DNA of 64,000 nucleotides from an uncultured Alphaproteobacteria bacterium (GCA_902602695.1 CACKRO010000002.1:2170-66169); one strand, 5' to 3'. Positions 1-9,969 are shown, numbered from the stretch's first letter. Translations and numbers: made by a program. Notes: generated by a model not told the origin, from the letters alone.

Positions 1-1
1 T

Positions 2-541
2 TCACCACAAATTACTTGGGGCACAAGCCCACAAGACGTTGTTGCTATAAATGGTATAGTACCAAATCCTCAAGAAGAGAGTAATCCAAATAGAAAGAAG
101 GCTATGGAGCGTTCTCTTGAATATATGGGTTTAGAACCCAAACAAGAAATACAAAAAATTAAAATTGATAAAGTATTTATTGGCTCTTGCACTAATGGAA
201 GAATTGAGGATTTAAGAGAAGTTGCTAAAGTTGTAGAAGGCAAAAAAGTTTCTGTAGACTCAATGATTGTTCCTGGTTCAGGTCTAGTTAAAAAACAAGC
301 TGAAGAAGAAGGTTTAGATAAAATTTTTATTGAAGCAGGATTTGATTGGAGAGAGCCAGGTTGCTCTATGTGTTTAGCTATGAATCCAGATCAATTAAAA
401 CCGCAAGAAAGATGTGCATCAACATCAAATAGAAATTTTGAAGGCAGACAAGGTAGAGAAGGTAGAACACATCTTGTTAGTCCTGCAATAGCTGCTGCCT
501 CTGCAATCAAAGGTTCTTTTGCAACAGCAGAGGATTTATAA
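2..541 (+). CDS. leuC: 3-isopropylmalate dehydratase large subunit, C-terminal part (5' end lies outside the window)
   Basis: The frame is open from position 2. The translation reads ...[10 protein letters not shown]...[12 protein letters not shown]...[10 protein letters not shown]...[10 protein letters not shown], which are aconitase-family LeuC motifs. It is followed directly by leuD. Confidence 0.9.
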   Translation, partial: SPQITWGTSPQDVVAINGIVPNPQEESNPNRKKAMERSLEYMGLEPKQEIQKIKIDKVFIGSCTNGRIEDLREVAKVVEGKKVSVDSMIVPGSGLVKKQAEEEGLDKIFIEAGFDWREPGCSMCLAMNPDQLKPQERCASTSNRNFEGRQGREGRTHLVSPAIAAASAIKGSFATAEDL

Positions 542-1144
542 ATGGAGTCATTTAAAACAATAATTGGTATTCCTGCGCCACTACCAATGATTAATGTCGA
601 TACTGATATGATTATTCCAAAACAATTTTTGAAAACAATAAAGAGATCTGGTTTAGGTAAAAACTTATTTCATGAATTAAGATACGATATTCAAGGTAAC
701 ATAAAGAATGATTTTGTTCTAAACTGGGACCCTTATAAAACTTCAAAAATTTTAATTGCTGGGGCAAATTTTGGTTGTGGATCAAGTAGAGAGCATGCAC
801 CATGGTCACTTTTAGATTTTGGTTTTAAATCAATAATTGCTCCAAGCTTCGCAGATATTTTCTATAATAATTGTTTTAAAAATGGAATACTGCCAATTAA
901 GTTAGATCAACAAAAAGTAGATATATTAATGAACGAAGCAGAAAATAAAAATGCTGTTTCAGTTACTTTAGAAAATCAAAAAATCACTTATCAAAATGAT
1001 AAAACAATAGAATTTGAAATTGATGCATTTCGAAAAAAATGTTTGCTAGAGGGTTTGGATGATATTGGTTTGACGCTCCAAAAAAATAAAAAAATTGATG
1101 TTCACGAAGAAAAAATACACAGTATCCAACCTTGGATAGTGTAG
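542..1144 (+). CDS. leuD: 3-isopropylmalate dehydratase small subunit
   Basis: The ATG abuts the leuC stop. The translation has the [13 protein letters not shown] aconitase swivel-domain motif. Confidence 0.9.
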   Translation: MESFKTIIGIPAPLPMINVDTDMIIPKQFLKTIKRSGLGKNLFHELRYDIQGNIKNDFVLNWDPYKTSKILIAGANFGCGSSREHAPWSLLDFGFKSIIAPSFADIFYNNCFKNGILPIKLDQQKVDILMNEAENKNAVSVTLENQKITYQNDKTIEFEIDAFRKKCLLEGLDDIGLTLQKNKKIDVHEEKIHSIQPWIV

Positions 1145-1150
1145 TCAAAA

Positions 1151-2263
1151 ATGAGTAATAAAAAAATTTTAATTTTACCTGGTGACGGAATTGGCAATGA
1201 AGTTATGGCTGAGGTATTAAAAATAATTGATTGGATGGAAAAAACTAAATCTTTATCTTTTGATATTTCTGAAAGATTAGTTGGGGGTACGGCATACGAT
1301 AAAGAAGGTAATTCTATAAGTGATGAAACAATGCAAATAGCTATGGATTGTGATGCAGTATTATTTGGTGCGGTAGGAGGCGCTAAATGGGATAACGTAG
1401 AAAGAGATAAAAGACCTGAAGCAGCCTTATTAAGATTAAGAAAAGACCTTGATCTCTTTGCTAATCTAAGACCAGCGGTTGTTTTAGATGCTCTTTCAGA
1501 TTCATCATCTTTAAAATCTGATCTTGTTAAAGGATTAGATATTTTGATAATAAGAGAGTTAACAAGTGGTGTATATTTTGGACAACCAAGAGGTATATCA
1601 AAAATTAGTGAGACTGAAAGTAAGGCAGTTGATACTCAACTGTATACCACATCAGAAGTTAATAGAGTTTCACGAGTGGCATTTGATTTAGCAAAGTTGC
1701 GTAATAATAAAGTTACATCAGTAGAAAAATCAAATGTAATGGAAACAGGTTTATTTTGGAAACAAACCGTAACAGATTTACATAAAAAGGAATATTCTGA
1801 TGTTAATTTAGAACACATGCTTGCAGATAATTGTGCAATGCAGTTAGTTCGTTATCCAAAACAATTTGATGTCATACTTACAGATAACTTATTTGGTGAT
1901 CTTTTAAGTGATACTGCAGCTATGCTTACAGGATCTTTAGGAATGCTTCCTTCAGCAGCTCTTGGACCAGTTAAAGAAAATGGAACTAGAGCAGCAATGT
2001 ATGAACCCGTTCATGGTAGTGCACCAGATATAGCTGGGCAATCTAAAGCAAATCCTTTAGCAATGATCATGAGCTTTGCTATGATGTTGAAATATAGTTT
2101 TGATATGCAAGAAGATAGTCAAATGATTGAGAAAGCTGTACAGAATGTATTACTAAAAGGTTTAAGAACAGCTGATATAAAAGATGGAGCAGAAAAAATT
2201 ATCTCAACTCAAGAAATGGGCAATGCTGTTATTGAAGAATTAAAAATTCTATCTGGAAATTAA
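1151..2263 (+). CDS. leuB: 3-isopropylmalate dehydrogenase
   Basis: Motifs [19 protein letters not shown] and [14 protein letters not shown] mark the isocitrate/isopropylmalate dehydrogenase family. The gene sits in leuCDB context. Confidence 0.92.
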   Translation: MSNKKILILPGDGIGNEVMAEVLKIIDWMEKTKSLSFDISERLVGGTAYDKEGNSISDETMQIAMDCDAVLFGAVGGAKWDNVERDKRPEAALLRLRKDLDLFANLRPAVVLDALSDSSSLKSDLVKGLDILIIRELTSGVYFGQPRGISKISETESKAVDTQLYTTSEVNRVSRVAFDLAKLRNNKVTSVEKSNVMETGLFWKQTVTDLHKKEYSDVNLEHMLADNCAMQLVRYPKQFDVILTDNLFGDLLSDTAAMLTGSLGMLPSAALGPVKENGTRAAMYEPVHGSAPDIAGQSKANPLAMIMSFAMMLKYSFDMQEDSQMIEKAVQNVLLKGLRTADIKDGAEKIISTQEMGNAVIEELKILSGN

Positions 2264-3307
2264 ATGACTCAAAAATACAATATAGCAGTAGCAGGAGCAA
2301 CAGGTGCGGTAGGAACAGAAATAGTTCAAATATTAGAGCAAAGGAATTTTCCAATAGAAAATTTATATTTACTTGCATCATCAAAATCAAAAGGCAAAAA
2401 AGTAGAGTTTAAAGATAAAGAAATTGTTGTAGAGGACTTATCAGAATTTGATTTTTCAAAAGCTCACATTGGTTTATTTTCACCTGGTGGTAAAATTTCT
2501 GCAGAATATGCACCAAAAGCAGCTAAAACAGGATGTATTGTTATAGATAATACCTCTCATTTTCGAATGCAACAAAATATTCCTTTAATCGTGCCTGAAG
2601 TAAACGCTAATGCACTTGATGAATTTTTTGATGATGAAAACAGAACTAATATTATTTCAAATCCTAACTGTTCAACTATACAAATGGTTGTAGCGTTAAA
2701 ACCACTATATGAAAAAGCAATTATAAACAGAGTTGTTGTATCAACATATCAAGCTGTTTCTGGAGCGGGGAAAACAGGTATGGATGAATTATTTAATCAG
2801 ACTCAAAATGTTTATGCAAACCAAGAATTAAAAAAAGAAAAGTTTACAAAACAAATTGCTTTTAATGCCATTCCACACATTGGAGCTTTTTTAGAAAATG
2901 GTAATACAGAAGAAGAGCAAAAAATGATTGATGAAACAAAAAAAATTCTAGACGAGGGAATTAATGTTTCAGCAACTTGTGTTAGAACAGCGGTATTTAT
3001 TGGCCATTCAGAAGCTATAAACATAGAGTTTGACTCACCATTGGATGAAAAAGAAGCTAACGAAATATTATCTAACTCTGAAGGTATTTCAGTAATTGAT
3101 CATCGAAAAGATGATGGTTATGTGACTCCTGTTGAAATTGCAGGAGAAGACAAAGTTTATATTAGTAGAATTAGAAATGATCAATCAATAGATAATGGTT
3201 TAAATTTATGGGTTGTTTCAGATAATTTGAGGAAAGGTGCAGCACTTAATGCGGTTCAAATTGCAGAATTAATTATTTCAAAATATTCAAATTCCATAAA
3301 TATTTAA
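2264..3307 (+). CDS. asd: aspartate-semialdehyde dehydrogenase
   Basis: An N-terminal GATGAVG Rossmann motif, the NPNCSTI active-site Cys motif and SDNLRKGAA near the C-terminus. Confidence 0.9.
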   Translation: MTQKYNIAVAGATGAVGTEIVQILEQRNFPIENLYLLASSKSKGKKVEFKDKEIVVEDLSEFDFSKAHIGLFSPGGKISAEYAPKAAKTGCIVIDNTSHFRMQQNIPLIVPEVNANALDEFFDDENRTNIISNPNCSTIQMVVALKPLYEKAIINRVVVSTYQAVSGAGKTGMDELFNQTQNVYANQELKKEKFTKQIAFNAIPHIGAFLENGNTEEEQKMIDETKKILDEGINVSATCVRTAVFIGHSEAINIEFDSPLDEKEANEILSNSEGISVIDHRKDDGYVTPVEIAGEDKVYISRIRNDQSIDNGLNLWVVSDNLRKGAALNAVQIAELIISKYSNSINI

Positions 3308-3397
3308 TTATCTTCTATTAATCTTTTTCCATAAATCAATTACAGCTTCCTTATCTTCCTTTTTAAATAATCTATAATTTATTTCCATCACAATTAC

Positions 3398-3472
3398 TGG
3401 CGGTCTCGTAGGGACTCGAACCCCAAATCCATGTTCCGAAGACACGTGTGATATCCATTTCACCACGAGACC
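3398..3472 (-). tRNA. tRNA-Arg (anticodon UCG)
   Basis: I folded it by hand into a 75-nt cloverleaf. It has a 7-bp acceptor stem, a GTGA/TCAC D stem, a CGTGT/ACATG anticodon stem and a CTTCGGA loop (anticodon TCG). It also has a TTCGAGT T-loop and an encoded CCA. Confidence 0.85.
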
Positions 3473-3520
3473 TTTTATTTATCAAATGATATATAGTATA
3501 AGTTAAGGATATAAAATATT

Positions 3521-4303
3521 ATGTCATTTTATCTCTCTAAAATTCTTTGGTTAATATTAAACCCCTTTAATATTTTTATTTTTATTACTTTGCTCTCAAT
3601 ATTTTTATATTTTATTAAATTGAGGAGATTAAGTTTAATTATTTTTTTGATTATTTTTGTATTTATTACACTCATCTCTTTTTTGCCTATTGGAAGTTAT
3701 CTTATTTATACTATTGAGAAAGAATATCACTCAAACATAAAACCACCAGAGAAAGTAGATGGCATTCTTATTTTGGGAGGAGCAACAATTCCTCAACTTT
3801 ACAATGAATATAATCAAATCAGTTTAAATGGTTCTTCAGAAAGATTAGTTGAGTCTGTTTCTATTATTAAAAAATTTGATAAGGCTAAAGTAATTTTTAG
3901 TGGTGGATCAGGGTTGGTGAATAGACCTGACCTTGATCATGCACAAGTAGCAAAATCTTTTTACCAAAAAATAGGTATAGAAACAAATCAAATTATTTTT
4001 GAAGATAAGTCAAGAAATACCTATGAGAATATAATATATTCAAAAAAAATCGTTAATCCAAAAATAAATGAAAATTGGTTATTAATAACGTCTGCCTCGC
4101 ATATGAAAAGAGCATTACTCATTGCTGATAAAAATAATTGGAAATTAATCCCCTATGCAGTAGATTTTAAAAATATTAAAAACTTTAAATTAATACCTAA
4201 CCTTGAATTATTAAAAAATCTAAATTCATTTCAGCAAGCATCACATGAATGGCTAGGTTTAATCTCATATTATTTAATGGGAAGAACTGCTAAAGTTTTC
4301 TAA
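3521..4303 (+). CDS. DUF218 (YdcF/ElyC-like) membrane-anchored protein
   Basis: N-terminal TM helices are followed by ILILGGA...IFSGGSG...NTYENI...ITSASHMKRA, the pattern typical of the DUF218 fold. Confidence 0.6.
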   Translation: MSFYLSKILWLILNPFNIFIFITLLSIFLYFIKLRRLSLIIFLIIFVFITLISFLPIGSYLIYTIEKEYHSNIKPPEKVDGILILGGATIPQLYNEYNQISLNGSSERLVESVSIIKKFDKAKVIFSGGSGLVNRPDLDHAQVAKSFYQKIGIETNQIIFEDKSRNTYENIIYSKKIVNPKINENWLLITSASHMKRALLIADKNNWKLIPYAVDFKNIKNFKLIPNLELLKNLNSFQQASHEWLGLISYYLMGRTAKVF

Positions 4304-5203
4304 TTTTTTAATAAAATCTTTTAAAATTGGATCTCTTTTGATTTCATAGACTATTTTAATTGGGTGCCTATTTTTATCTGAAGCCCATTTCATATCATTT
4401 AAAAGAATTGGAGATGGAATTGTTTTAGTTGGTGCCCATTCCTCGTTTAAGACATAACCAACAGCTGCCATATCCCAAATTTCTTTTGACCAACCTTTAT
4501 GGATACTATTGTACTCTTTAAATCGCATTGCGAGAAATTTACCTATTTCACCATTAGGTTCGATGTATTTTTCTATTTCTGGAACTGTTGAAATAAGATG
4601 TGAAGTTACTCCCTTACAAGGAACCATAACTAGTGAGACGCCACTATCAAACAAAACTTGAGCACCTCCAATATCTTGCTTTAGATTAAATTCTGAATTT
4701 TGCGGCCAATAAAGTGCGTTTCCTCCCAACCAAACTACAACAATTTTTTTTATAATTTCTGGCTCTTTCAATAATGCAGAGGCAACGTTTGAAATAGCAC
4801 CGATAGCTAATATGTATAGAGGATCTTCTTCAGAACATTTTAAAGCACTTTCTATGATATTATCTGCAGCAGGCGAATCAATAGGTTTTTTTTCAAAACC
4901 TACGTATTTTGTTGAGCCTTTAAAAACAAAATTTTTTTTAAAATTTATTTTTTCTAACAATCGTAAGATTTCATCATAACTAAGCTCCATTCCCTTCTTT
5001 GGATTATCTGAACGATTATTCATTGAAAAAGGAGCGGCATTTATACTTTGCACTTCTATTTTTTCTTTTGAAAACAACATTTGCACTAAAGCAAATTGAT
5101 CATCAATTTCATTGTAGGTGTCTGTATCAAGAATGGCTTTAATTTTTCCTTTTTTAAACTCAAGTTGTTTTAAAATATCTGAAAAATCTCTTTCTAAAAG
5201 CAT
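4274..5203 (-). CDS. inosine/uridine-preferring nucleoside hydrolase family protein
   Basis: An N-terminal Asp cluster ILDTDTYNEIDDQFAL resembles the IUNH DxDxxxDD signature, with two extra residues. The length is about 310 aa. Confidence 0.6.
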   Translation of the reverse strand: MLLERDFSDILKQLEFKKGKIKAILDTDTYNEIDDQFALVQMLFSKEKIEVQSINAAPFSMNNRSDNPKKGMELSYDEILRLLEKINFKKNFVFKGSTKYVGFEKKPIDSPAADNIIESALKCSEEDPLYILAIGAISNVASALLKEPEIIKKIVVVWLGGNALYWPQNSEFNLKQDIGGAQVLFDSGVSLVMVPCKGVTSHLISTVPEIEKYIEPNGEIGKFLAMRFKEYNSIHKGWSKEIWDMAAVGYVLNEEWAPTKTIPSPILLNDMKWASDKNRHPIKIVYEIKRDPILKDFIKKLENFSSSSH

Positions 5204-5212
5204 ATCTTTATT

Positions 5213-5806
5213 TTACCACGAACTATTCGGTTGTGTTAAAAATAACTCTTCTTCATTTGTTGATTTTCTATTTAGTATTTTATTTCTATGCGGATACCTT
5301 CCAAATTTTCTAATTGCCACGCTATGATCATTCCAAGCTTTTTTAATATTACTATATTCTGAATGATTATTTAAATATTGATCGACTAATTTATGACCAA
5401 GTTCATGATCTATGATATCCTCACTATGAATTAATGGAAGTAATAAAAAATGTATTTTATCAATATCTAGGTTATCTAAATATTTTTTACTTATTGCTTC
5501 TTTAACAATTAAAACACACTTAGTATCCTGGTCATAAGCTTTTGAATTATTTCTAAAAAAATTTCTTGATAGTTGATCAAGTAATATAATCAAAGCTACA
5601 CATTCTTCAGCATCTTTTCTCCAATTATCATACTCATTATTAATAGCGTTAATGTAATCATCAAAAAAAGTACTTTTCAAAATATTATCAAATTCATAAT
5701 CTTTTTTAAACCATTGTTCCAGTGGAGTTTTGATGAAACAAAATTCTAGAATAGCTTTAGCTCTTTCATTAATCACAGAGGTGTAATATAAATATATATT
5801 TTCCAA
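5213..5806 (-). CDS. DUF924 family protein
   Basis: The pattern WF..D..FD...F, LDQLSRN.FR and RFGRYPHRN matches DUF924. The translation has no ATG codon at all, so TTG at 5806 is the only 5' start candidate. Confidence 0.6.
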   Translation of the reverse strand: MENIYLYYTSVINERAKAILEFCFIKTPLEQWFKKDYEFDNILKSTFFDDYINAINNEYDNWRKDAEECVALIILLDQLSRNFFRNNSKAYDQDTKCVLIVKEAISKKYLDNLDIDKIHFLLLPLIHSEDIIDHELGHKLVDQYLNNHSEYSNIKKAWNDHSVAIRKFGRYPHRNKILNRKSTNEEELFLTQPNSSW

Positions 5807-6478
5807 ATGACATTAAGTAATTTAAATAAATCCATTATTCATTGCAGAAAGTGTGAACGCTTAGTTAACTTTCGTGAAAAAATTGCTAAAGAAAAAAGAA
5901 AACAATATATTGATCAAAGTTATTGGGGCAAGCCCATTACTGGCTATGGAGACGAAAAAGCTAAATTATTAATGGTAGGACTTGCGCCAGCAGCCCATGG
6001 AGGAAATAGAACAGGTCGAGTTTTTACAGGGGATAAATCTGCAGATTTTTTATTTTCCTGTCTATATAAAACTGGATTTGCAAATCAACCAGATTCAGTA
6101 AATAGAGGTGACGGTTTGGAACTTCAAAATATGTACTTAACTACTGCTCTTAAATGTGTACCACCAGAAGATAAGCCTAGTTCACAAGAATTGAAAACAT
6201 GTTTTAATTTTTTCAATCAAGAAATTACTTTCTTAAAAAAAATAAAAGTTATTGTTGCCCTTGGTAAAATTGGTCATGACGCCTGTGTAAATTATTATAA
6301 GCAAAAATATGAAATACGAAATAAAGATTTTATTTTTTCTCATGGATCTATAAATATTTTACCTGATAAGAAAATTTTAGTTGGTAGTTATCATCCAAGT
6401 CCACGAAATGTTAACACAGGAAGAATAGATAAAAGTAAAATGGTAAAACTTTTAAATAGTATTAAAAAATTGCTTTAA
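5807..6478 (+). CDS. uracil-DNA glycosylase, Fe-S family 4/5 type
   Basis: It has CRKCERL Cys ligands. The GLAPAAHGGNRTGRVFTGD motif is family-5-like (GLAPA rather than GEAPG). It also has SYHPSPRN. Confidence 0.75.
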   Translation: MTLSNLNKSIIHCRKCERLVNFREKIAKEKRKQYIDQSYWGKPITGYGDEKAKLLMVGLAPAAHGGNRTGRVFTGDKSADFLFSCLYKTGFANQPDSVNRGDGLELQNMYLTTALKCVPPEDKPSSQELKTCFNFFNQEITFLKKIKVIVALGKIGHDACVNYYKQKYEIRNKDFIFSHGSINILPDKKILVGSYHPSPRNVNTGRIDKSKMVKLLNSIKKLL

Positions 6479-6484
6479 ACCATA

Positions 6485-7675
6485 ATGAAAAATTTTTTTT
6501 TAAATGATCCTAATCTCTTAGTATACGGATTTGCCATGGTCTTCTTTGCAAGTTTTGGACAGACTTTTTACATTGCATTATTTAACGATGATATTCGAAA
6601 TCTATATAAAATAACAGATGGTGAGTTTGGATTAGTTTATGCCATTGCAACGCTTGTAAGTTCATTTTTATTTATTAACTTTGCTAAATTAATAGATAAA
6701 GTTGATTTAAGATTATACTCCATAGGTATTATTCTTGGTTTAGCTTTTGCTTGCATTGGTTTTTATTTTATTTTTGATAATATTTTTCATCTTTTTCTTA
6801 TTTTATTTTTATTACGTTTTTTTGGACAGGGAGCTATGACACATGCCGGCTCAACCTCAATGGCAAGATATTTTTTAATTGATAGAGGTAAAGCAATATC
6901 AGTTGCAACACTTGGAGGAATGTTAGGCATAATGTTTTTACCAAAGATTGTCGTTAATTTGGACTCATATTTTAATTTTAAAACTCTTTGGTTTTTAACA
7001 ACTTTGACTCTTTTGATTTTAATTCCAATAATATACTTTATTCTTCATAATCAAAAAAGCAGGGATATTACTCTTCAAAAAAATATTGATAATGAAAAAA
7101 CACATAAAAGTTGGACCATTACAGAAATTTTAAAAGACCCAGTTTTTTTTATCTATTTACCATTAGCTGCATCCTTTCCATTTATCGGTACTGGGTTAAT
7201 GTTTCATCAGATTTATATTTTTGATTCTAAAGGATGGACAATGGAAATGCTTGGCAATGGTTATATATATTTTGGATTATTTTCTATTTTAGGATTATTA
7301 ATAGGAGGACCCTTAATAGATAAGATAAATACAAAGAAAGCAATACCTTTTGTATTATTACCTTTGTTAGGCTGTATCACCATTCTTTTTTTCTTCAATA
7401 ATTATTGGTCATTCGTGCTTTACATGTCTTTATTTGGATTTAACTTAGGTTTAGCAGCACCTTTTATGGGGTCACTCTGGGCAGAAATTTACGGTGTGAA
7501 AAGTATTGGAACTGCTAAAGCTTTACTGCACGCAGTTGGGGTTTTTGCGAGCGCCTTATCGCCTGTTGTTTTTGGTTATATTATTGATTGGGGTTACGGA
7601 ATATCAGTTATATTTTTAATCAGCTCCATTATGATTATTGTATCATCAATTTTACCTATAATTTATAAAACATGA
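6485..7675 (+). CDS. MFS-type transporter
   Basis: About 12 hydrophobic helices in 396 aa with a central hydrophilic loop. The substrate cannot be inferred. Confidence 0.6.
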   Translation: MKNFFLNDPNLLVYGFAMVFFASFGQTFYIALFNDDIRNLYKITDGEFGLVYAIATLVSSFLFINFAKLIDKVDLRLYSIGIILGLAFACIGFYFIFDNIFHLFLILFLLRFFGQGAMTHAGSTSMARYFLIDRGKAISVATLGGMLGIMFLPKIVVNLDSYFNFKTLWFLTTLTLLILIPIIYFILHNQKSRDITLQKNIDNEKTHKSWTITEILKDPVFFIYLPLAASFPFIGTGLMFHQIYIFDSKGWTMEMLGNGYIYFGLFSILGLLIGGPLIDKINTKKAIPFVLLPLLGCITILFFFNNYWSFVLYMSLFGFNLGLAAPFMGSLWAEIYGVKSIGTAKALLHAVGVFASALSPVVFGYIIDWGYGISVIFLISSIMIIVSSILPIIYKT

Positions 7676-7812
7676 ATAAACAAATAATGGAGAGTCTTAA
7701 TTTTCTAATCAAGGAATTTAAACGATTAAAAAAGAAAAAAGAAAATAAAAGCATCAGCAGTGGTGAACTAGAAACTTTAAAACAACTTGAACAGTACTTA
7801 GGTAAAAAATAA
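7672..7812 (+). CDS. candidate 46-aa small protein (absent from the ORF track)
   Basis: The ATG overlaps the MFS stop (ATGA) and the TAA overlaps the zapE ATG (TAATG), so the ORF fills the whole gap. Translation: MNKQIMESLNFLIKEFKRLKKKKENKSISSGELETLKQLEQYLGKK. Confidence 0.35.
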   Translation: MNKQIMESLNFLIKEFKRLKKKKENKSISSGELETLKQLEQYLGKK

Positions 7813-8846
7813 TGTTTAATGTTATTGATCAATATAATAGTTTTGTTGAAAATAATTTTATTAAAAAAAATAAAGATCAAATTGAATTCTTAAAACAAGC
7901 AGATAACGTATGGTCATCTTTTAGTAAAACTAAGTTATTTTTTAAGGATAAAATTTTTGAAGGAATTTATCTTTATGGTCAAGTTGGAACAGGAAAAACA
8001 TTTTTATTAAATTTATTTTATCAAAATACTAAGATTGGAAAAAAAATTCATTTTAATAACTTAATGAATGAAATCCATGAACAAGTTAAAAAATCAGAAA
8101 ATAAAGAACTTGCAATCGAAAACTATGTAAAGAATTTAAGTAGAGATTTTAAAATAATATTTGTTGATGAATTGCATATTTTTAATATTGTAGACGCATT
8201 AATAATAAAAAAAATATTTAATTATTTTTCTAAATATAAAATATTTATATTACTGTCGTCAAATTTTCATCCAGATAATTTATATAAAGATGGTTTGCAG
8301 AGAAATGATTTTCTGCCATTTATTGATTTAATCAAAAAAAATTTTTATCTCTATGATATTAGTATTAAAACTGATTTTCGTCGACAAACATTAAATCAAT
8401 CAAAGACATATTTCACACCTATAACAACTGACACAACAAATGAATTTGAAAAATTATTTAATCGCTTTGTTGATCCCTCCCATTTAACAACTATAAAAAT
8501 TAAATCTAAAAGTCGTGAACTAGAGTTTGATAAATGTACATCAAATCTAATGATGATAGATTTTGAAAATCTTTGTGAAGTAAATTTTGGTAATGAAGAT
8601 TATAAAAATATAGCAGATAAATTTAAGTTGGTATTTTTAAAAAATGTTCCTGAATTTGATAATCAGAAAAAAGATTCATGCAGAAGATTTATTGGATTAA
8701 TTGATATGTTATATGAAAATAATTGTTCAATTGTAATTTTAGCGTCAAAACCTATAAATTCATTAAATAATATAAATACTTTAGCAGAAGAATTTAAAAG
8801 AACTGCTAGCAGATTATATGAAATGACTATAGTTAAACCAGATTGA
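7812..8846 (+). CDS. zapE: AFG1/ZapE-family ATPase
   Basis: Walker A is GQVGTGKTFLLN and Walker B is IIFVDELHI. The length and an alphaproteobacterial position near sdh/mdh also fit. Confidence 0.75.
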   Translation: MFNVIDQYNSFVENNFIKKNKDQIEFLKQADNVWSSFSKTKLFFKDKIFEGIYLYGQVGTGKTFLLNLFYQNTKIGKKIHFNNLMNEIHEQVKKSENKELAIENYVKNLSRDFKIIFVDELHIFNIVDALIIKKIFNYFSKYKIFILLSSNFHPDNLYKDGLQRNDFLPFIDLIKKNFYLYDISIKTDFRRQTLNQSKTYFTPITTDTTNEFEKLFNRFVDPSHLTTIKIKSKSRELEFDKCTSNLMMIDFENLCEVNFGNEDYKNIADKFKLVFLKNVPEFDNQKKDSCRRFIGLIDMLYENNCSIVILASKPINSLNNINTLAEEFKRTASRLYEMTIVKPD

Positions 8847-9832
8847 TGAAATACATAATTAGAATTTTATTAAGTACATTAGTTTTGTTAATTGTGGTTT
8901 ATTTTACAGCAGGTTTTTATGTTGCTTATCAAATTTTAAAAATAGATCCAACATGTGGTCTCCATGAAGGATCTCTTCCTAATTCATGGAGTACAAAAGT
9001 TGATGCACATGAATACTCAATTCTTGCTCAACAAAAAGTAAGAGAAAATTTTAACTTCAAGGATTATTATTTAGATGAATGGCAAGATGTATATTTTCAA
9101 TCTCGTGACTCTGACATCAAGATTAATGGATGGTTATTTAATTACTTTCCAAATAGACCAATTATAATTGTTACACATGGCATAAGCCCAAATGGTAAAT
9201 GTAAGTCTGAGTCCAACATTATTGCAAGTTTTCTAGTTAATAAAAATTTTAATGTTCTTACGATAGATTTAAGAAACTATGGTCAAAGTGATACTGTTAG
9301 TAGTTACGATGATTTAGGTTTAAGATCATATAATGATATTCTTGGTGCATTCGATTTTTTAAAAAAAATTGGTTTTAAGTCTAAGAGTATTGGTTTACAT
9401 GGAATTTCTCTTGGAGCAAGCACATCTATTTTTGCCGCAAATGTAGAACCAGAAATACTTGCGATATGGGCTGATAGTCCACTTGCTGAGTTTAATATGA
9501 TTTTAAAAGATGAAATTGCAAGATATGGTCTGTCTATAGAATTTGGACCAGCTGTAAGTTTAGCTGGAAGAATCTTAACCGGAATAGATCCAACTAAATT
9601 ATCTCCTGCTAAAAAATTATCAGATAAACAATTTTATTTTTTCACTCACGGTGATTCTGATACAAGAATCTTAACAAGACATTTTAATTATTTTAAAGAA
9701 TATACAAATAAAAATAATATTAACTCTGAGTTTTGGTTGGTTGAAAATGCTTATCATGTAGATGCTATGTTTAAATATCCGGAAGTATATTCTAAAAAGA
9801 TGGAAGATTTTTTTAATAAAAATTTAAAATAG
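8843..9832 (+). CDS. membrane-anchored alpha/beta hydrolase
   Basis: An N-terminal TM helix, a GISLGAS nucleophile elbow and a late HGDSD/H motif. Confidence 0.55.
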   Translation: MMKYIIRILLSTLVLLIVVYFTAGFYVAYQILKIDPTCGLHEGSLPNSWSTKVDAHEYSILAQQKVRENFNFKDYYLDEWQDVYFQSRDSDIKINGWLFNYFPNRPIIIVTHGISPNGKCKSESNIIASFLVNKNFNVLTIDLRNYGQSDTVSSYDDLGLRSYNDILGAFDFLKKIGFKSKSIGLHGISLGASTSIFAANVEPEILAIWADSPLAEFNMILKDEIARYGLSIEFGPAVSLAGRILTGIDPTKLSPAKKLSDKQFYFFTHGDSDTRILTRHFNYFKEYTNKNNINSEFWLVENAYHVDAMFKYPEVYSKKMEDFFNKNLK

Positions 9833-9969
9833 GCCGGACTCTAAAACTAGTTTGTACCTTGGCAGACACCTCTCTAGAATAAGAAACTCAACTAATTATC
9901 AAACGGCGGGTAAGATAATCAAAATTCTTGGCGTTCCTCCGAAGCTAAGAAACGAGTATTATCCGGCTC
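9833..9969 (+). ncRNA. candidate structured RNA or 5' leader element upstream of sdhC, class unknown
   Basis: This block is visibly richer in G+C than its surroundings. A closing helix pairs 9833-9838 GCCGGA with 9962-9967 TCCGGC. Hairpins form at 9895-9900/9914-9919 and 9927-9932/9944-9949. The sub-motifs CTTGGC...TAAGAAAC are duplicated. The strand assignment is tentative. Confidence 0.35.

Noticed and set aside
3308-3388. A 26-codon minus-strand ORF (MEINYRLFKKEDKEAVIDLWKKINRR) filling the gap between tRNA-Arg and the asd stop. It is reminiscent of a GNAT acetyltransferase N-terminus.
   Set aside because: It is too short to support. The resemblance is to a generic amphipathic start, and it could equally be a chance ORF or a gene remnant. 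It is worth a tblastn check only.
9833-9969. Possible identity of the structured block as SRP RNA, an RNase P fragment or a glycine riboswitch.
   Set aside because: Only short resemblances exist: minus-strand GCUUCGGAGGAACGCCAAG versus the SRP helix-8 region, AGAGUCCGGCC versus the RNase P CR-I region, and UCUAGAGAGG...GCCAAGG versus the glycine aptamer core. The GCUUCGG loop is not at the apex of the long hairpin that SRP requires. The element is far too short for RNase P. A minus-strand riboswitch would have no downstream gene. I kept it as an unknown-class candidate instead.
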